Positions 23,148 through 35,625 of a stretch of DNA of 64,000 nucleotides are shown here, one piece after another. The position numbers and the translations under genes are program-made. Under the pieces are notes generated by a model that made no database searches, had not been told where the DNA came from, and saw only the letters and a list, made by a program, of their open reading frames with translations. The stretch comes from Mustelus asterias (Eukaryota). The stretch's first letter is position 1. Every line of letters starts with the position of its first letter. Where the stretch lies: positions 1 to 64,000 of the forward strand of contig NW_027590156.1 of NCBI RefSeq assembly GCF_964213995.1, written 5' to 3'.

Positions 23148-24090
23148 ACCGGGGCATTGAGTTTAAAAAATGGCGAGTCATATTGCAGCTTTATAGCACG
23201 TTAGTTAGGCCGTACTTGGAATATAATTTTCAATTTTGGTCGCCACACTACCAGAACGATGTTGAGGCTTTGGAGAGGGTGCAGAAAAGATTTACCAGGA
23301 TGTTGCCTGGCATGGAGAGCATCAGAATCATAGAAACCCTGCAGTACAGAAGGAGGCCATTCGGCCCATCGAGTCTGCACTGACCACAATCCCACCCAGA
23401 CCCTACCCCCACATGTACACGTTAATCCCTCAAACCTACGCATCTCAGAACTCTAAGGGGCAATTTTAGCATGACTAATAAACCTAACCCGCACATTTTT
23501 GGACTGTGGGAGGAAATCCGAGCACCTGGAGGAAACCCACGCTGACACGAGGAGAATGTGCTTACGCCACAGACCGTGACCAAAGCCGGGAATCAAACCC
23601 AGGTCCCTGGAGCTGTGAAGAAGCACTGCTAACCACTGTGCTACCATGCCGCCCATTAGCTAAGAAGAGAGGTTGGAGAAACTTGGTTTGTTGTCACTTG
23701 AACGACGGAGGTTGAGGGACGACCTGATACAAGTCTACAAGATTCTGAGGGGCATGGCTAGAGTGGATAGTCAGAAGGTTTTTCCCAGGGTGGAAGAGTC
23801 AATTACTAAGGGGCATAGGTTTAAGGTGCGAGGGGCAAGGTTTAAAGGAGATTAATGAGGTAAGTGTTTTACACCGAGTGTGATGGGTGCCTGGAACACG
23901 CTGCCGGGGGAGGTAGTGGAAACAGATACGATAGTGACATTTAAGGTGCGTCCGGACAAATATATGAGTAAGATGGGAATAGAGGGATATGGTCCCCGGA
24001 AGGATAGCGGGTTTTAGTTCAGTCGGGCAACATGATCGGTGCAGGCTTGGAGGGCCTAAGAGCCTGTAACTTTCTTTGTTCTTTGTTCTT
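23148..24090 (+). mobile_element. CR1 3' fragment with a nested V-SINE (23322-23655, minus strand)
   Basis: LVRPYLEY...RFTRMLPG and LERRRLRDDL motifs; (TTCTTTG)n tail. Confidence 0.92.
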
Positions 24091-25289
24091 TGAGTCCCAT
24101 TCAAACTTCATCGCTGTAACCGGCTCCTTTGATATTGAGTCTCCAGTAGTGACACCGGCAGAAATTTAGAAATATTGAAAGTTAAGGTGTTATTATCATT
24201 CTATTGTAACTCATAACATCAGAACACGGATCACATTATCATCTACAGCAAAGCGGACCTAAATTACTGTCGACATCGCTTGCAAGAAGAAGTTTATGTC
24301 CCTTGTAGACTTACCAGGCAAAAGAGCTGAAACAGTGAGAAACGAATACAAAATGATACCCAACATGTTTGCAGCGAGTTTATTGCGGAATTAAACAGAA
24401 TGGGTTCAATCTGTAATTGTTTGGGTGAAGATATTTACATGTATTTCCGGTCTCTCCAGCGATTGGTTAATTCCCAAACGAATCAACTGGTGACGTCCAA
24501 TCATGTCCCTGATTCTCCAATTCATCCAATCAGCTCACAGACCCTTTGTTCTCCAGTTTATTACGTCAGAGCAGGGCCAGTGAATCAATGAAGTTGTTTT
24601 CCCCACAGCGGGACCGAAACGAGGATTCATCGCAATGTTGGCCCTTGAGCCAAGACAGCTTCTGAGGTGGTGACAATGAGGTAAATGGTTAATGTTGTCC
24701 TTGTAACAATGTCGGGAGTTCCCATTCAACAGTCTGAATATTTTGCATATCCTTTTTCACGTTATATGAAATTGAAAATATCTACAACGAAGAACGAATG
24801 TTCCAAAATACCCTTTTTGATTTTGATGCCCTTGCATTTAATATCAGCGGGGTTCTTGTCAAACGTTTTGGAGGGCCGAAGGGCCTGTTTCCTGTGCTGT
24901 ACTGTTCTCAACAGTGGGTGGGGGCGGTGGCCGGGGAAGGGGTGTGCTTCCACAGGTTGATCTTCAGATTCAATGTCACCGAGGAGATCCATCTACCTGC
25001 CTAAAGAATGTTCCTGGAGACCCATCTTCTTTCTCAGGAAGTCCATGTCCACCTCAGAATTTCTATTACCTAAATTGACCGCATCCAACACTCTCGGAGG
25101 CAATGAGTTCCAGGTCCTGAGCACTCGCTGTGGAAAAAATGTTGCTTCCAAATCTTCTTCGCCCCCGCCTTGCCCAATATCTTAAAATTTGCCCCTCCCC
25201 CTCTAAACTTGCCCTAATCTAGTCCACCTCGATTAAATCGCTCCTCAATCTCCTTCGCTCCAATGGACAACAATCCCAGCATCACAAAC

Positions 25290-25750
25290 CAGAAACTTCT
25301 GGCTAATTTGAACTTTTCAAAACTAAACTTACTCCAAAGAAATTCCTCCATCTGATTTAACTGAAATTTGTCAACTTTTAAAAAACATTTCTGTGTATTT
25401 TGCTTCTTAAAATTAAACATGTTTAATCAGAGTTCATCAACTTTTTAGAAAATGTTTTCACCATTTTGAAAAATGTAATGTTTCCTCATATTTTTCGAGA
25501 AATTTCCAACTTTTTAAAGAGTAGCTTAAACTTGCTAACATATTTTCCCCGAATACTTTAACGAGAATTCGTCATTTAAATAAACTATTTTTTTAAAAAA
25601 AACTTAATTGAAGTTTATCAGTATTTTTTTTCTTAAAATAGTCAACACTTTTTTGAACAATCATTAGCTAAGATAAATTTCATCATAGAAGCTGACTGCA
25701 TTTGGTCAACATTTCTCTGAATTGGTCCAAAATTTGTCAACACACATTTT
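25290..25750. repeat. AT-rich degenerate short tandem repeat (AAATTTGTCAACTTTTTAAAA-like)
   Basis: Recurrent motif visible by eye. Confidence 0.5.
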
Positions 25751-25797
25751 TCACCCACACGAACTACTGTTTGTGAACTACTGTTAAATTATCACAC

Positions 25798-25870
25798 AGA
25801 GCCAGCCAGGAGTCGAACCTGGAATCTTCTGATCCGTAGTCAGACGCGTTATCCATTGCGCCACTGGCCC
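25798..25870 (-). tRNA. tRNA-Arg-ACG: tRNA-Arg(ACG)
   Basis: GGGCCAGTGGCGCAATGGATAACGCGTCTGACTACGGATCAGAAGATTCCAGGTTCGACTCCTGGCTGGCTCT matches the vertebrate consensus except the discriminator base. Confidence 0.95.
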
Positions 25871-26319
25871 ATGGCAAAGCAGCGTGCAGCAATGTTTATA
25901 TATCGGTCCGAGGCTTCAAAATCGGCAGAAACATGGTCAAAACATATTCGTTTTTGTGAGGAAATATTACATAATTAAAATTTTCTCTACTCACTTACAG
26001 TAATTCTACTTTGCCTTGAATTGAGTTAATCTGCTGTGTTGGAATTCGAACCCTGGTTCCCAAAGCTTCAGCCTGCTTCTCTGCTTTATCAATCCAGCGT
26101 CAACAACATGACTCGAAACCGTACCCCTCCCGCTCGTGAATCCACGATTGAATATTACCTGAATGTAGTATCTTACAATCATATGGCATTGGCCCTTACT
26201 TGAGCCTCAAAATACATTCAGGAAAAGACAAAAGTGCGGAAAATTCACGACAAACTGAGCAGGAAAGAAGACACACCTATTCTGACTCAGCACGCATGTT
26301 ATCAGTTTATTCAGTGGCA

Positions 26320-26800
26320 AAAAGAGCAGGGCAGAGGATGGGAATCCTGTGGGAGTAACTCACCTCCCGACTCCCACAAAACAGTCCACGATCGACGTGG
26401 CACAAGTCAGGAGTGCGATAGAATATTCTCCACTTGTCTGCATGGTGCAGGAATCCACCAAAGGCACTTTAGACAGCATCTCCCAAACCCAAGACCGCTT
26501 CCACCTGGCAGCTCCCCTGCCAACCCCCCCCCCCCCCCGCCCCCTCTCCCCCCTCCCCCCTCCAACGCCACACAGCCAACACCACCCTCAATTCCCTCAG
26601 CATTCTGATTTGGAAATATATCGCCGTTCCTTCACTGTCATTGGGACAAATTCGTGGACTTCCCTCCCTAACAGCACTGTAAGTGTTCCTGTACAAATGG
26701 ATTACAACGTTTCAAGAAGGCAGCTCACCACAACTTTCTCAAGGCTAAATACTGATGGGCAGTGCATGCTGATCTAGCCAGCGACACCCACATGAACAAA
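26320..26800 (+). mobile_element. Degenerate LINE 3' fragment (same family as 29230-29830) with internal poly-C tract
   Basis: AQVRSAIEYSPL and RSFTVIGTNSWTSLP motifs. Confidence 0.7.
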
Positions 26801-27191
26801 AAGAAACATCCAGGCAGCTCCCTGAACCCATAATCATGGGGCCAGCTGAAGAGGTGAATGGAGATAAAATGAACGTCAAGTTACAGAGCCAACCCTGTTG
26901 ATCATATATTTATTTTCGAGCGAGTGTGTTGTGCTGATAGTTTCCTCACAGTTTGTGCTCAGGTTCTCAAACGAAACCCCATGTGGACCAATCCCAAAGT
27001 CTGCAATGCAAAGAAAAAAACAAAATCTGCAGCTCATGAAATCTGATCAAATCTTCGTGGGAGAGGGCGGCACAGTGGCTAGTTCTGCTGGCTCACAATA
27101 CCAGGGACCTGGTTTCGATTCTGGGGTTAGTCACTGTCTATGTGGATGGAGATATACAGCTTTTTAAAGTTGCAGCAGTAGCTCACCGATA

Positions 27192-27264
27192 GTCCCAGTA
27201 ACCTAACGCGTAAGGCACTGGCTTCCTAAACCAGGGAGCATGTGTTCGAGTCACTTCTGGGATG
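27192..27264 (+). pseudogene. tRNA-Arg(CCT) pseudogene
   Basis: GTCCCAGTAACCTAACGCGTAAGGCACTGGCTTCCTAAACCAGGG...GTTCGAGTC; A box mutated. Confidence 0.75.
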
Positions 27265-27349
27265 CGGCTTATTTTAACACTTAGGTGTCCAACATTGGCA
27301 AATGCATTTCTTGCCAACTAATCCTGGCTATTTCTGGGCAGATATGTTT

Positions 27350-27670
27350 TGGGTGGTACATTGGTTAGCACTGCCGCCTCAAAACGCCAGGGTCCGAGGT
27401 TCAAATCTGGCATCGGGTCGCTGTCTGTGTTGAGTTTGCACATTTTCCCCGTATCTGCATGGGTTTCCTCCGGGTGTTCCGGTTTCCTCCCATTGTCCAA
27501 AGATGTGCGGCTAATGTTGATTGACCGTGTTAAATTGGCCCTAGTGTCAGGGGTATTAGCAGGGTGAATGCACGTAGTTACAGGAGTGGGGCCTGGATGG
27601 GGTTGCGGTCAGTACAGACTTGATGGGCCGAATTGGCCTCGTTCTGTACTGCAGGGAATCTATGATTCTA
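27350..27670 (+). mobile_element. HE1-like V-SINE
   Basis: Head, V-core and TCTATGATTCTA tail. Confidence 0.85.
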
Positions 27671-28017
27671 ATGGAACCTTATAACATTCTGACCGGATGA
27701 AACAGGGTAGATTCAGAAAGAATGTTCTCTTTAGTGGGGAGTCCAGAACTCGGGATAATAGTTTGAGGATAACGGCTGAGATGATGAGACTTCCTTCAGC
27801 CAGAGAGTGGTGAATCTGCAGAGTTCTCTCCCACAGAAAGTAGTTGAGGCCGAACACTATGATTTCAAGAGAAGTTTAATATACTCTTGGTGCTAAATGG
27901 CGGATCAGGGTATTGAATTTGATTATCAGGCATGACAACAATGAATGGGAGATGATGTTCCAATGACCTACTCCTGGTTTCGATGTTTTGATGTAACAGG
28001 GATAAGAAGAAACAGTA

Positions 28018-28098
28018 GGGTTAGTCTCGGATTTCAACTCGGGATCTCGGTGGTTCAGGCATACCAAAATGCGATTCATACCCCTACACCAAGGAGCC
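28018..28098 (-). pseudogene. Degenerate tRNA-Pro pseudogene, longer than mature length (possible intron remnant)
   Basis: TCATACCCCTACACCAAGGAGCC and GGATTTCAACTCGGGA align to the Pro gene at 30106; 81 nt versus 72. Confidence 0.6.
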
Positions 28099-28374
28099 TA
28101 TAAGCAGCCACTGATTGAAAGAAAAGATGCTCTCTGGGCCATTCAAAACCGATCAGATAACTGCAGCGAAGGCGGAAGATGCTGCAGAAACTTAGAAATT
28201 CAGGCAGAATTTGTGGACAGGGAAACAAAGCTCATCTTTTACGTCCATGGCCTTTCATTACAACAGGAAAAGGTGAAAAATGTGGGAATTTGAAACGACT
28301 GAAACTCAGGAGGGAGGAAATGTAGCAACAGGAATAGTCTGGACGTCAGGAGAAATGAAATGATTTGATTTGGT

Positions 28375-29112
28375 TTTATTGATTATTGTCACATGTATTA
28401 GTATACAGTGAAAAGCATTTTTTCTTGCGCGCTATACAGGCAAAGCGTACCGTTCATAGAGAAGGAAACGGGAGAGTGCAGAATGTGGTATTACAGTCAT
28501 TGTCATGGTGTAGAGAAAGATCAACTTAATGCAAGATAATGTCCATTCAAAATTATGATGGCAGCAGGGAACAAGCTGTTCTTGAGTCGGCTAGTACGTG
28601 ACCTCAGACTTCTGTATCTTTCTCTCGAAGGAAGAAGGTGGGAGAGAGAATGTCCGGGGTGCGTGCGGTCCTTAACTATGCTGGCTGCTTTGCCGAGGCA
28701 GCAGGAAGCCTCGACAGTATCAATGGATGGGAGGCTGGTTTGAGTGATGGATTGGGCTACATTCACGACCCTTTGTAGTTTATTGCGGTCTTGGGCACAG
28801 CAGGAGCCATACCAAGCTGTGATACAACTAGAAAGAGTGTTTTCTATGGTGCACCTGTAAAACTTGGTGACAGTCGGAGCTGACATGCCAAATTTCCTAA
28901 GTCTTCTGAGAAAGTAGAGGCGTTGATGGGCTTTCTTCACCATAGTGTCGGCATGGGAGGCCAGGACAGGTTGTTGGTGATCTGGAGACCTAAAAACCTG
29001 AACCTCTTGACCCATTCCACTTCGTCCCCTTTGATGGAGACAGGGGCATGTTCTACTCTACGCTTTCTGAAGTCAATGACAATCTCCGTTTTGTTGACAT
29101 TGAGGGAGAGAT
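28375..29112 (-). mobile_element. Rex1/Babar-clade LINE 3' fragment
   Basis: KKAHQRLYFLRRLRKFG...FYRCTIE...AWYG...HPGHSL..LLPS...RLKNSLFP is characteristic of the Rex1 C-terminus. Confidence 0.88.
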
Positions 29113-29229
29113 GACAGAAATGAGAAATGAGAAAATACTTTGCGGTTCACGGCCTCAGGGTGCGGTACGCACTAAATCAGAAAATGAGTACACCACAGAA
29201 TAAGGCCATGCTAAGGAATGGCAATATAA

Positions 29230-29830
29230 TTCCAAGTCAGGATGGTGAGTGACTTGGAGGAGAACTTGCAGGTGGTGATGTTCCCATGTGTCTACTACCC
29301 TTTTCCTTCTGTATGGAAGTGGTCGTGGGTTTCGAAGGTGCTGTCTAAGGATCTTTGGTGAATTGCTGCTGTGTATCTTTTAGATACACATCGCTGCTAC
29401 TGAGCATCGGCTGCGGTGGTATTGAATGCTTGTAGATGTGGTGCCAATCAAGCGGGCTGCTTTGTCCTGGATAATGTCAATCTTCTTGAGTGTTTTTGGA
29501 GCTGCACCCATCCAGGCGAGGTGGGAATATTCCATCACGCTCCTGACTTGTGCCTTGTAGATGGTGGACAGACTCTGGGGAGTCAGGAGGTGAGTTATTC
29601 GCCACAGTATTCCTGGCCTCTGACCTGCTCTTGTAGCCATTGTGTTTATGTGGCGAGTCCAATTGAGTATCTGGTCAATGGTAACCGTAAGGATGTTAAC
29701 AGCGGGGGATTCAGTGGTGGAAAAACTATTGACAGTCAAGAGACGGTGGTTAGATTTTCTCTTAAGGTGATGGACATTGTCTGGCATTTGTGTGGCGCGA
29801 ATGTTACTTGCCACTTGTCAGCCCAAAACC
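29230..29830 (-). mobile_element. Non-LTR retrotransposon fragment (CR1/L2 group, distinct family)
   Basis: LNWTRHIN...IYKAQVRSVMEYS..AWMGA....IQDKAARLI. Confidence 0.85.
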
Positions 29831-30105
29831 TACAGTCTTATATAATGCAGCACACTGCGGACTTTCGAAATATGAAATAGAAACAGAAAATACTGGGTTA
29901 TGCCAGTATTTCTGGCACTATCTGTGGAGCGAGAATCAGAACTAACGTTTCCCGTCCAGATGTCACATGTGGGTGTCCGAGTGGGCTCTTTCCGTGCTGT
30001 AAAACTCTGTGCCTCGTTGACTCTTTTTCGGAGCCAGTCAGCAGAAAGCCCTTTGCACCTGAAACAAATCACAACATCTGACTTGGTCAAAAAGAAACAA
30101 ATGAG

Positions 30106-30195
30106 GGGCTCGTCCGGGATTTGAACCCGGGACCTCTCGCATGCTAATCAACTGCGACACCCTAAGCGAGAATCATACCCCTAGACCAACGAGCC
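30106..30195 (-). tRNA. tRNA-Pro-AGG: tRNA-Pro(AGG) with an 18-nt intron (30142-30159)
   Basis: Exons match the vertebrate Pro-AGG consensus; insertion TGTCGCAGTTGATTAGCA lies one base 3' of the anticodon; a T5 terminator lies just downstream. Confidence 0.93.
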
Positions 30196-30765
30196 TGCAC
30201 GTCAGCCGGTAGTGAAATAAAAATTGTTTAGCTTTCTACAAAGCAGTTCTGACACCTTGAGTGAACGCCGAAATTGTTTAAATAACTCACCGCATCGGCA
30301 TTTGTGGACTTTAAGTTCCAGCAAAATATCCGTCCAATGTTGTAACCTCGACTGTTTGCAACTGGGGGCTTTTGTTTATAAAGCACACATGTTACAGTCA
30401 ATTATTTTAACCCAGCGACTTCAACATGTGACAACTCTGAGTCTGCCTTTGATATTTGATCACTTTTGAAAGGTGTTGTCTGTCAGACAGTTAAAAGATC
30501 TGGAACATTTAAAGTACAGATTGATGACATCGTTCACCTGGGAGATCTGCGGGTTTGTGTGAAAGGATCGGGGAGCGATTGGACTTGATGTGATAGTAAT
30601 ATGAGTAAAAACATGTCAAATTTCCCAACAGTGACAATCAGTAACCTCAGTGAGAGAAAACACTCAGACGGGGCTGTATTGTCACGTTCACTATGAGTAA
30701 ATTTTCTCTGAAGTTTAACCCCATGTGTTGTCCTGACAATGAATCATTGACTATCGACCTGTGCC

Positions 30766-30804
30766 AGATTTTGTCTGAGGTCCGCGGGAGCCTCATTCAC
30801 TGTG
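30766..30804 (-). promoter_or_regulatory. 23-bp-spacer recombination signal sequence
   Basis: CACAGTG + AATGAGGCTCCCGCGGACCTCAG (23) + ACAAAATCT. Confidence 0.92.
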
Positions 30805-31281
30805 GCTCTCAGTGCACAGTAATACTCGGCGCTGTCTGTCACCTTCAAATCTTTCATGGGCAAGTGAAAAGAATTTTGTTTCAGGTTGAGATTCCCGCTG
30901 CAGTATAAGAAACCTGGAGCCGTTTCGGTACATTAGCGGCTCTGAGCAGTCAATGAGGAGCTCGGTGTGTGTACTGGCGATACCAGAACAGTTAATGTTG
31001 TGTACTTAAACTCGATCCCGAGTAACTGCAGGGTATTGCTGAATCTTCACCCTCTGCTGCTTGAACTCCTTGTTCTGACTGGGACACTGAGTCACCGTTA
31101 CTGATGTCTGAAAATAGGCAACAGACACGCAGCGGGTTAGAAGGAGTAACAACAATGGAATAATCCCCTCGAGATGGAAATGGGGAATGAATGTGGTGAC
31201 TGGCAGATGTCACGCAGAAGTTCAAAATGACAAACCTGCAATCAGGACAATAACCAGAGTGAGACAGAGTTTCACCCCCAT
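30805..31281 (-). pseudogene. Complete TCR alpha/delta V pseudogene (leader exon 31281-31236, V exon 31107-30805)
   Basis: MGVKLCLTLVIVLIA|GT..AG|DISNGDSVSQSEQGVQAAEGEDSAIPCSYS...*LFWYRQY..APH*...DLKVTDSAEYYCALR; two stops and one frameshift. Confidence 0.93.
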
Positions 31282-31550
31282 GGTTCGAGTTTGAACACCA
31301 GAAACAGAGAGACTGATCACTGTCTGAATCAGATCTGCAATTGGAGATGTTGAAACAGTCAGGGGGATGCTAGGGGGTCCAAGGGGACTCCATCTCTCCG
31401 CCCATCTTTACATCTTCAAACAGACAACTCCTTTAGAAAGGGGTTGTGATCTTTCATAAGTGATCAGAGAGTGTTCTCCCGTGGACAGCACAGCCGCACA
31501 TTGGAAACAGGTACACACACGGCAACCTGAAAAGACTGACACTTATAAAG

Positions 31551-31770
31551 ATCGTAGAATCGTAGAACCCCGACAGTAGAGAAGGAGGCCATTTGGCCCA
31601 GAGTGTTTGTACCGACCACAATTCCACCGAGGCCCTATTCCCGTAACCGCACATATAATCTCCCTGACACTAGGGGTCAATTTATCATGGCCAATCCAAC
31701 TCATCCGCACATCTTTGGTCTATTGGAGGAAACCACAGCATCCGAGGAAACCCAGCAGACATGCGGAGAA
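31551..31770 (-). mobile_element. Diverged V-SINE 3' part
   Basis: (CGTAGAAT) tail and partial V-core. Confidence 0.75.
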
Positions 31771-32042
31771 CAGATACACACACGGTCACGCGGAAAGACC
31801 AACACGAATAAGGATATATAACCATATAGATATATGCCCAGACAGTGACATCAATTCTAACGTCCCTCGTTAAAAATCCAGAATTATTCTGCAGATTTCT
31901 GACACCTATTAGTTTGCGTTGCTCACCATGATAATGCATGAATACCTCCACCTCCGTGTTCACGAGAAGCCTCGGATACTGCACAGAATCAACATAGAGA
32001 CATGTAAACTATGTGATAGATTCCCAAACCGATCGACTCAAA

Positions 32043-32250
32043 CATAGATTCATAGAGGTTTACAGAATGGAAACAGGCCCTTCGGCCCAACTTGTCCATG
32101 CCGCCCTTTTTTTAAACCCCTAAAATAATCCCAATTGCCCGCATTTGACCCATATCCCTCTATACCCATCGTACCCATGTAACTGTCGAAATGCTTTTTA
32201 AAAGATAAAATTGTACCCGCCTCTACTACTCCCTCTGGCAGCTTGTTCCA
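32043..32250 (-). mobile_element. CR1 3' end
   Basis: GGAAACAGGCCCTTCGGCCCAAC 3' stem-loop region and CATAGA tail. Confidence 0.8.
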
Positions 32251-32603
32251 CTAGACACACGGACAATCACTAAGAAAGATAACCAAGCACATTAGCACAG
32301 CCATTGACACACAAAAGAGAAATGAACTCATTGGCAACGGAAAAAGCGTGCTAGCTCCAGAGTAAACTTCCTGAACTGGAATTCCCTGGTGTGGTGTAAG
32401 TGCGGCAATATCGTGTTAGATATTCATTGCGATGGAACACAACATTTTAACAACAGGAGCAGCCGGAAATCTATTTCTCAACAATGCTGATCATTGATTG
32501 ACGACTCGACGTGACCCTTTTGCAGACTAAGCAATAATGGATGTATTTATTTTTACCGCCAAACATATCCTGATGTGTCCGTGTCCAGAATTTATTTACC
32601 AGT

Positions 32604-33093
32604 GTCACAACCAGGCTTACATTAATACTGCAAGTTACTGTAAAAATCCTTTCGTCGCCACATTCCGCCGTCCGTGTATCATAGAAACCCTACAGTGCAG
32701 AAAGAGGCCATTTGGCCCATCGAGTCTGCACCGAACACAATCTCACCCAAGCCCTACCCCCATATCTATCCACTAATCCCGCTAACCTCCGCATCTCAGG
32801 ACACTAAGGGTAATTTTAGTATGGCCAATCAACCTAACCCGCATATCTTTGGACTGTGGGAAGAAACCGGAGCACACGGAGGAAACCCACGCAGACACGA
32901 GGAGAACGTGCAAACTCCACACAGACAGTGACCCAAGCCGGGAATTGAACCCAGGTCCCTGGAGTTGTGAAGCAGCAGTGCTAACCACTGTGCTACCGTG
33001 CCGCCCTGTGTACACTAAGGAAGAAATTGAATTGAACCCGGGTCCCTAGCATTGTGAAACAGCAGTGCTAACCAATGTGCTATTGTGTTGCCC
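32604..33093 (-). mobile_element. Nested V-SINEs (young HE1-like 32679-33006 inside an older AATAAA-tail SINE)
   Basis: The outer element is interrupted at GTGTA, which is repeated on both sides. Confidence 0.85.
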
Positions 33094-33781
33094 TGTGTGA
33101 AGTCCGTGTGAATACGACAGATTCCGCATCCATTCTCGAGGTTCTCTGTTCGGATGTTCGGGACACAGGAGGACAACACAAGAAGACTGTTTCAGGTGTA
33201 GGTGATTCATTCGCGTCTGTTATATTCCACACTCTGTGTAATGTTGTGGAGTAAATGTCTTTATATTAGATATAATTCAGAAATAATGAGGAGATGCTTC
33301 ATCAGACTTAAATTCGTTTTCTAAAATCGATATGAAATCAATTGCATAAATAAATATATGTTTACATTGAAAACTATATCAGGAAGCTAAATCCAATACT
33401 TCCTGCCATTGGGTAAGGGAAAGGTTGTTAAAGCAAATTGTACATGGATTCCGCAGAAACTCCTTCTTCAAATGGGGATTTTTCAATGAATTAAAAGGGA
33501 GAAAAATCAGCTTCATGGAATGAGAGGAGGAAATTGAAATTGGAACAAAGAACAGTTCAGCACAGGAACAGGCCTTTCGACCCACCAATCCCTCAACGAC
33601 ATGTTAATTGTTTAGCTCCTCATAAAATAATTCGCATAGATCTGATGGATTGATGAGCCTCTCATCGTTCTGTGCCATTGTCAACCATTTTCGATCATTC
33701 TTAGATTAATGTGTCTACAGCATTCCCAATGAATGTTGCAACATTTCAAGACAGTCCCCTTGGGCTACGGAGCAGCCAACA

Positions 33782-33854
33782 GTTTCCGTGGTGTCGTGCT
33801 GATTGCATTTGCCTCACGCACGCAACGGCCCACGTTCGAAATCGAGCAGAAGCA
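33782..33854 (+). pseudogene. tRNA-Val(CAC) pseudogene
   Basis: GTTTCCGTGGTGTCGTG...GCCTCACGC...GTTCGAAA. Confidence 0.7.
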
Positions 33855-35372
33855 TTCATGAAATTTGTTCATTAAGGTTGAGGGAAGTCTGTATAATTTC
33901 AGATTGTAGCTGAACATTATCCGAAACTCGATGTTACAGCCATGTTATATTTGCGCTCACCTCGGCCTCAAAAGCTTTCAGCAAAATCAGAAACCTTGTA
34001 TTTTCATGACGCAATAGATGTTCCTTTTTTAAAACCGTGCACATATTAGCAATATTTTCAGTCCACACCAGAATTTAATAGGTTTATAAATGCAGACTAA
34101 CATAATTCATCACCAACTGAAACATGTCTAATAGTATTGTGTGCTCAAAAATACAGATACAAGTGATACTGTCACTGAACGAGAGGAAATGGAGCACATT
34201 TTCCCGAAGCATCTTTTTAAAATTGTTCTTCATAATAACGAAATAGGGAAAACCTCTCAGACAGAAGAGGAAATCGAGAATCAAAGCAGACCGTCTGGAT
34301 CTCCTGTAGATGAACGAGATTTAGGCGCCAGAATGTTTGTCACACAGAATAAAGAGGGATCAAGTATAACTAACAGATCATTCTTGAATCTCTTCCCTTT
34401 AAAGATATTTGATTTGGTTTAAAAGCTGATCATGGTCAAACTCAAGAAAGCACCATGGGATGTGTATTACCCGTGACTCGATTTATTTTGTTGGTCAATA
34501 ATGTTTGCAATTCAATGCTGTATATTTCAGACATATTCAATCCGCAATGAAGACATCTGTGTTACATAAATGGATTGATATTAAATGTTGATTACCGAAC
34601 AAATACTCGATATAACTGTTTGAAGTTAATCGATCGTATATGAGAATGACGCATCAATGATGGAGCAGAAATCATTGCTCCCTTAGACATTTGTCCGATG
34701 AACGCTTTTAAATTTTGAAATTCGAGACAAGTTGAGACATCACGTTGAGAGTAACGGTTGTCTTCTTGCACTGAGGTAAATGGACTCTCAGTCCTAACCA
34801 TTCGAATCTGCAGCAATAGAGCGGAGTTGAACAATGCAGTCAGACCGATTGTATATTCCAGAGATATTAAATTCAGAATTTGGACATACATATTGAATAA
34901 CTGTGTTGATATTAAAAATTGAATGAAGATCCAAGGTGGATTGGGCATGCTAAATTACCCTTTGGTTAGATTGAATAGCCATGGGAAAGGAGTAGTGTTG
35001 CGGGGGAAACGAGGGAAATGGCCTGGTTATGATGTCCTGGCGTCGCTGCTGATTCGTTCGATCGAATACCTTTTCTGCACTGATTCTATGATTCTATGAA
35101 AAAAAATACTGAGTATAATTGGTTGAGATTATTCGCAGGAAGATAAGAATGAAGCATTGATGATTGAGCACAAATCAGTGCTTTCTTAGACATTTGCCGG
35201 ACGAACTCTTTTTAATTTTGAAGAACAAGATAAGTTGAGATATCAGGTTGAAAGTCAGGGATGTACTCTTGTATTAAGTGATATGGGCCCTCAATCATAC
35301 CATTCAAACCTGCAGCAACACTGTGGAGTTAACATTGTAGTCAGGCCCATTGAGGCCCCAATCCTATCACTT

Positions 35373-35445
35373 GTTTCTGCAGTGGAGTGGTTATCCCGTT
35401 CGCCTAAAACACAAAACGTTCCCGGTCCGAAACAGGGAAGCAGCA
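35373..35445 (+). pseudogene. tRNA-Val pseudogene (anticodon now AAA)
   Basis: GTTTCTGCAGTGGAGTGGTTATCCCGTTCGCCTAAAAC. Confidence 0.7.
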
Positions 35446-35625
35446 TTCTTTAAGCTTTCTCATGGAAGATGAGGGAAATCCTGTATGATTTCCGTTCGTT
35501 GCTGAACATTATCCGAATCTCGACATTACAACAATATTATCTTTGCTCTGACCTCAAACTCAAATGGTTTCTGCGAATAAGAAATGCTGATTTCTTTTTG
35601 ACGCACTGACAGGAAAGAAACGTCT

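Noticed and set aside
24540-24700. Acceptor followed by YYVRAGPVNQ, a possible V exon start
   Set aside because: No Cys or WYxQ in a consistent frame; too weak
30530-30720. SPGRSAGLC...TVTISNLSE..GLYC V-like motifs
   Set aside because: Motif spacing is too short and the nonamer is absent
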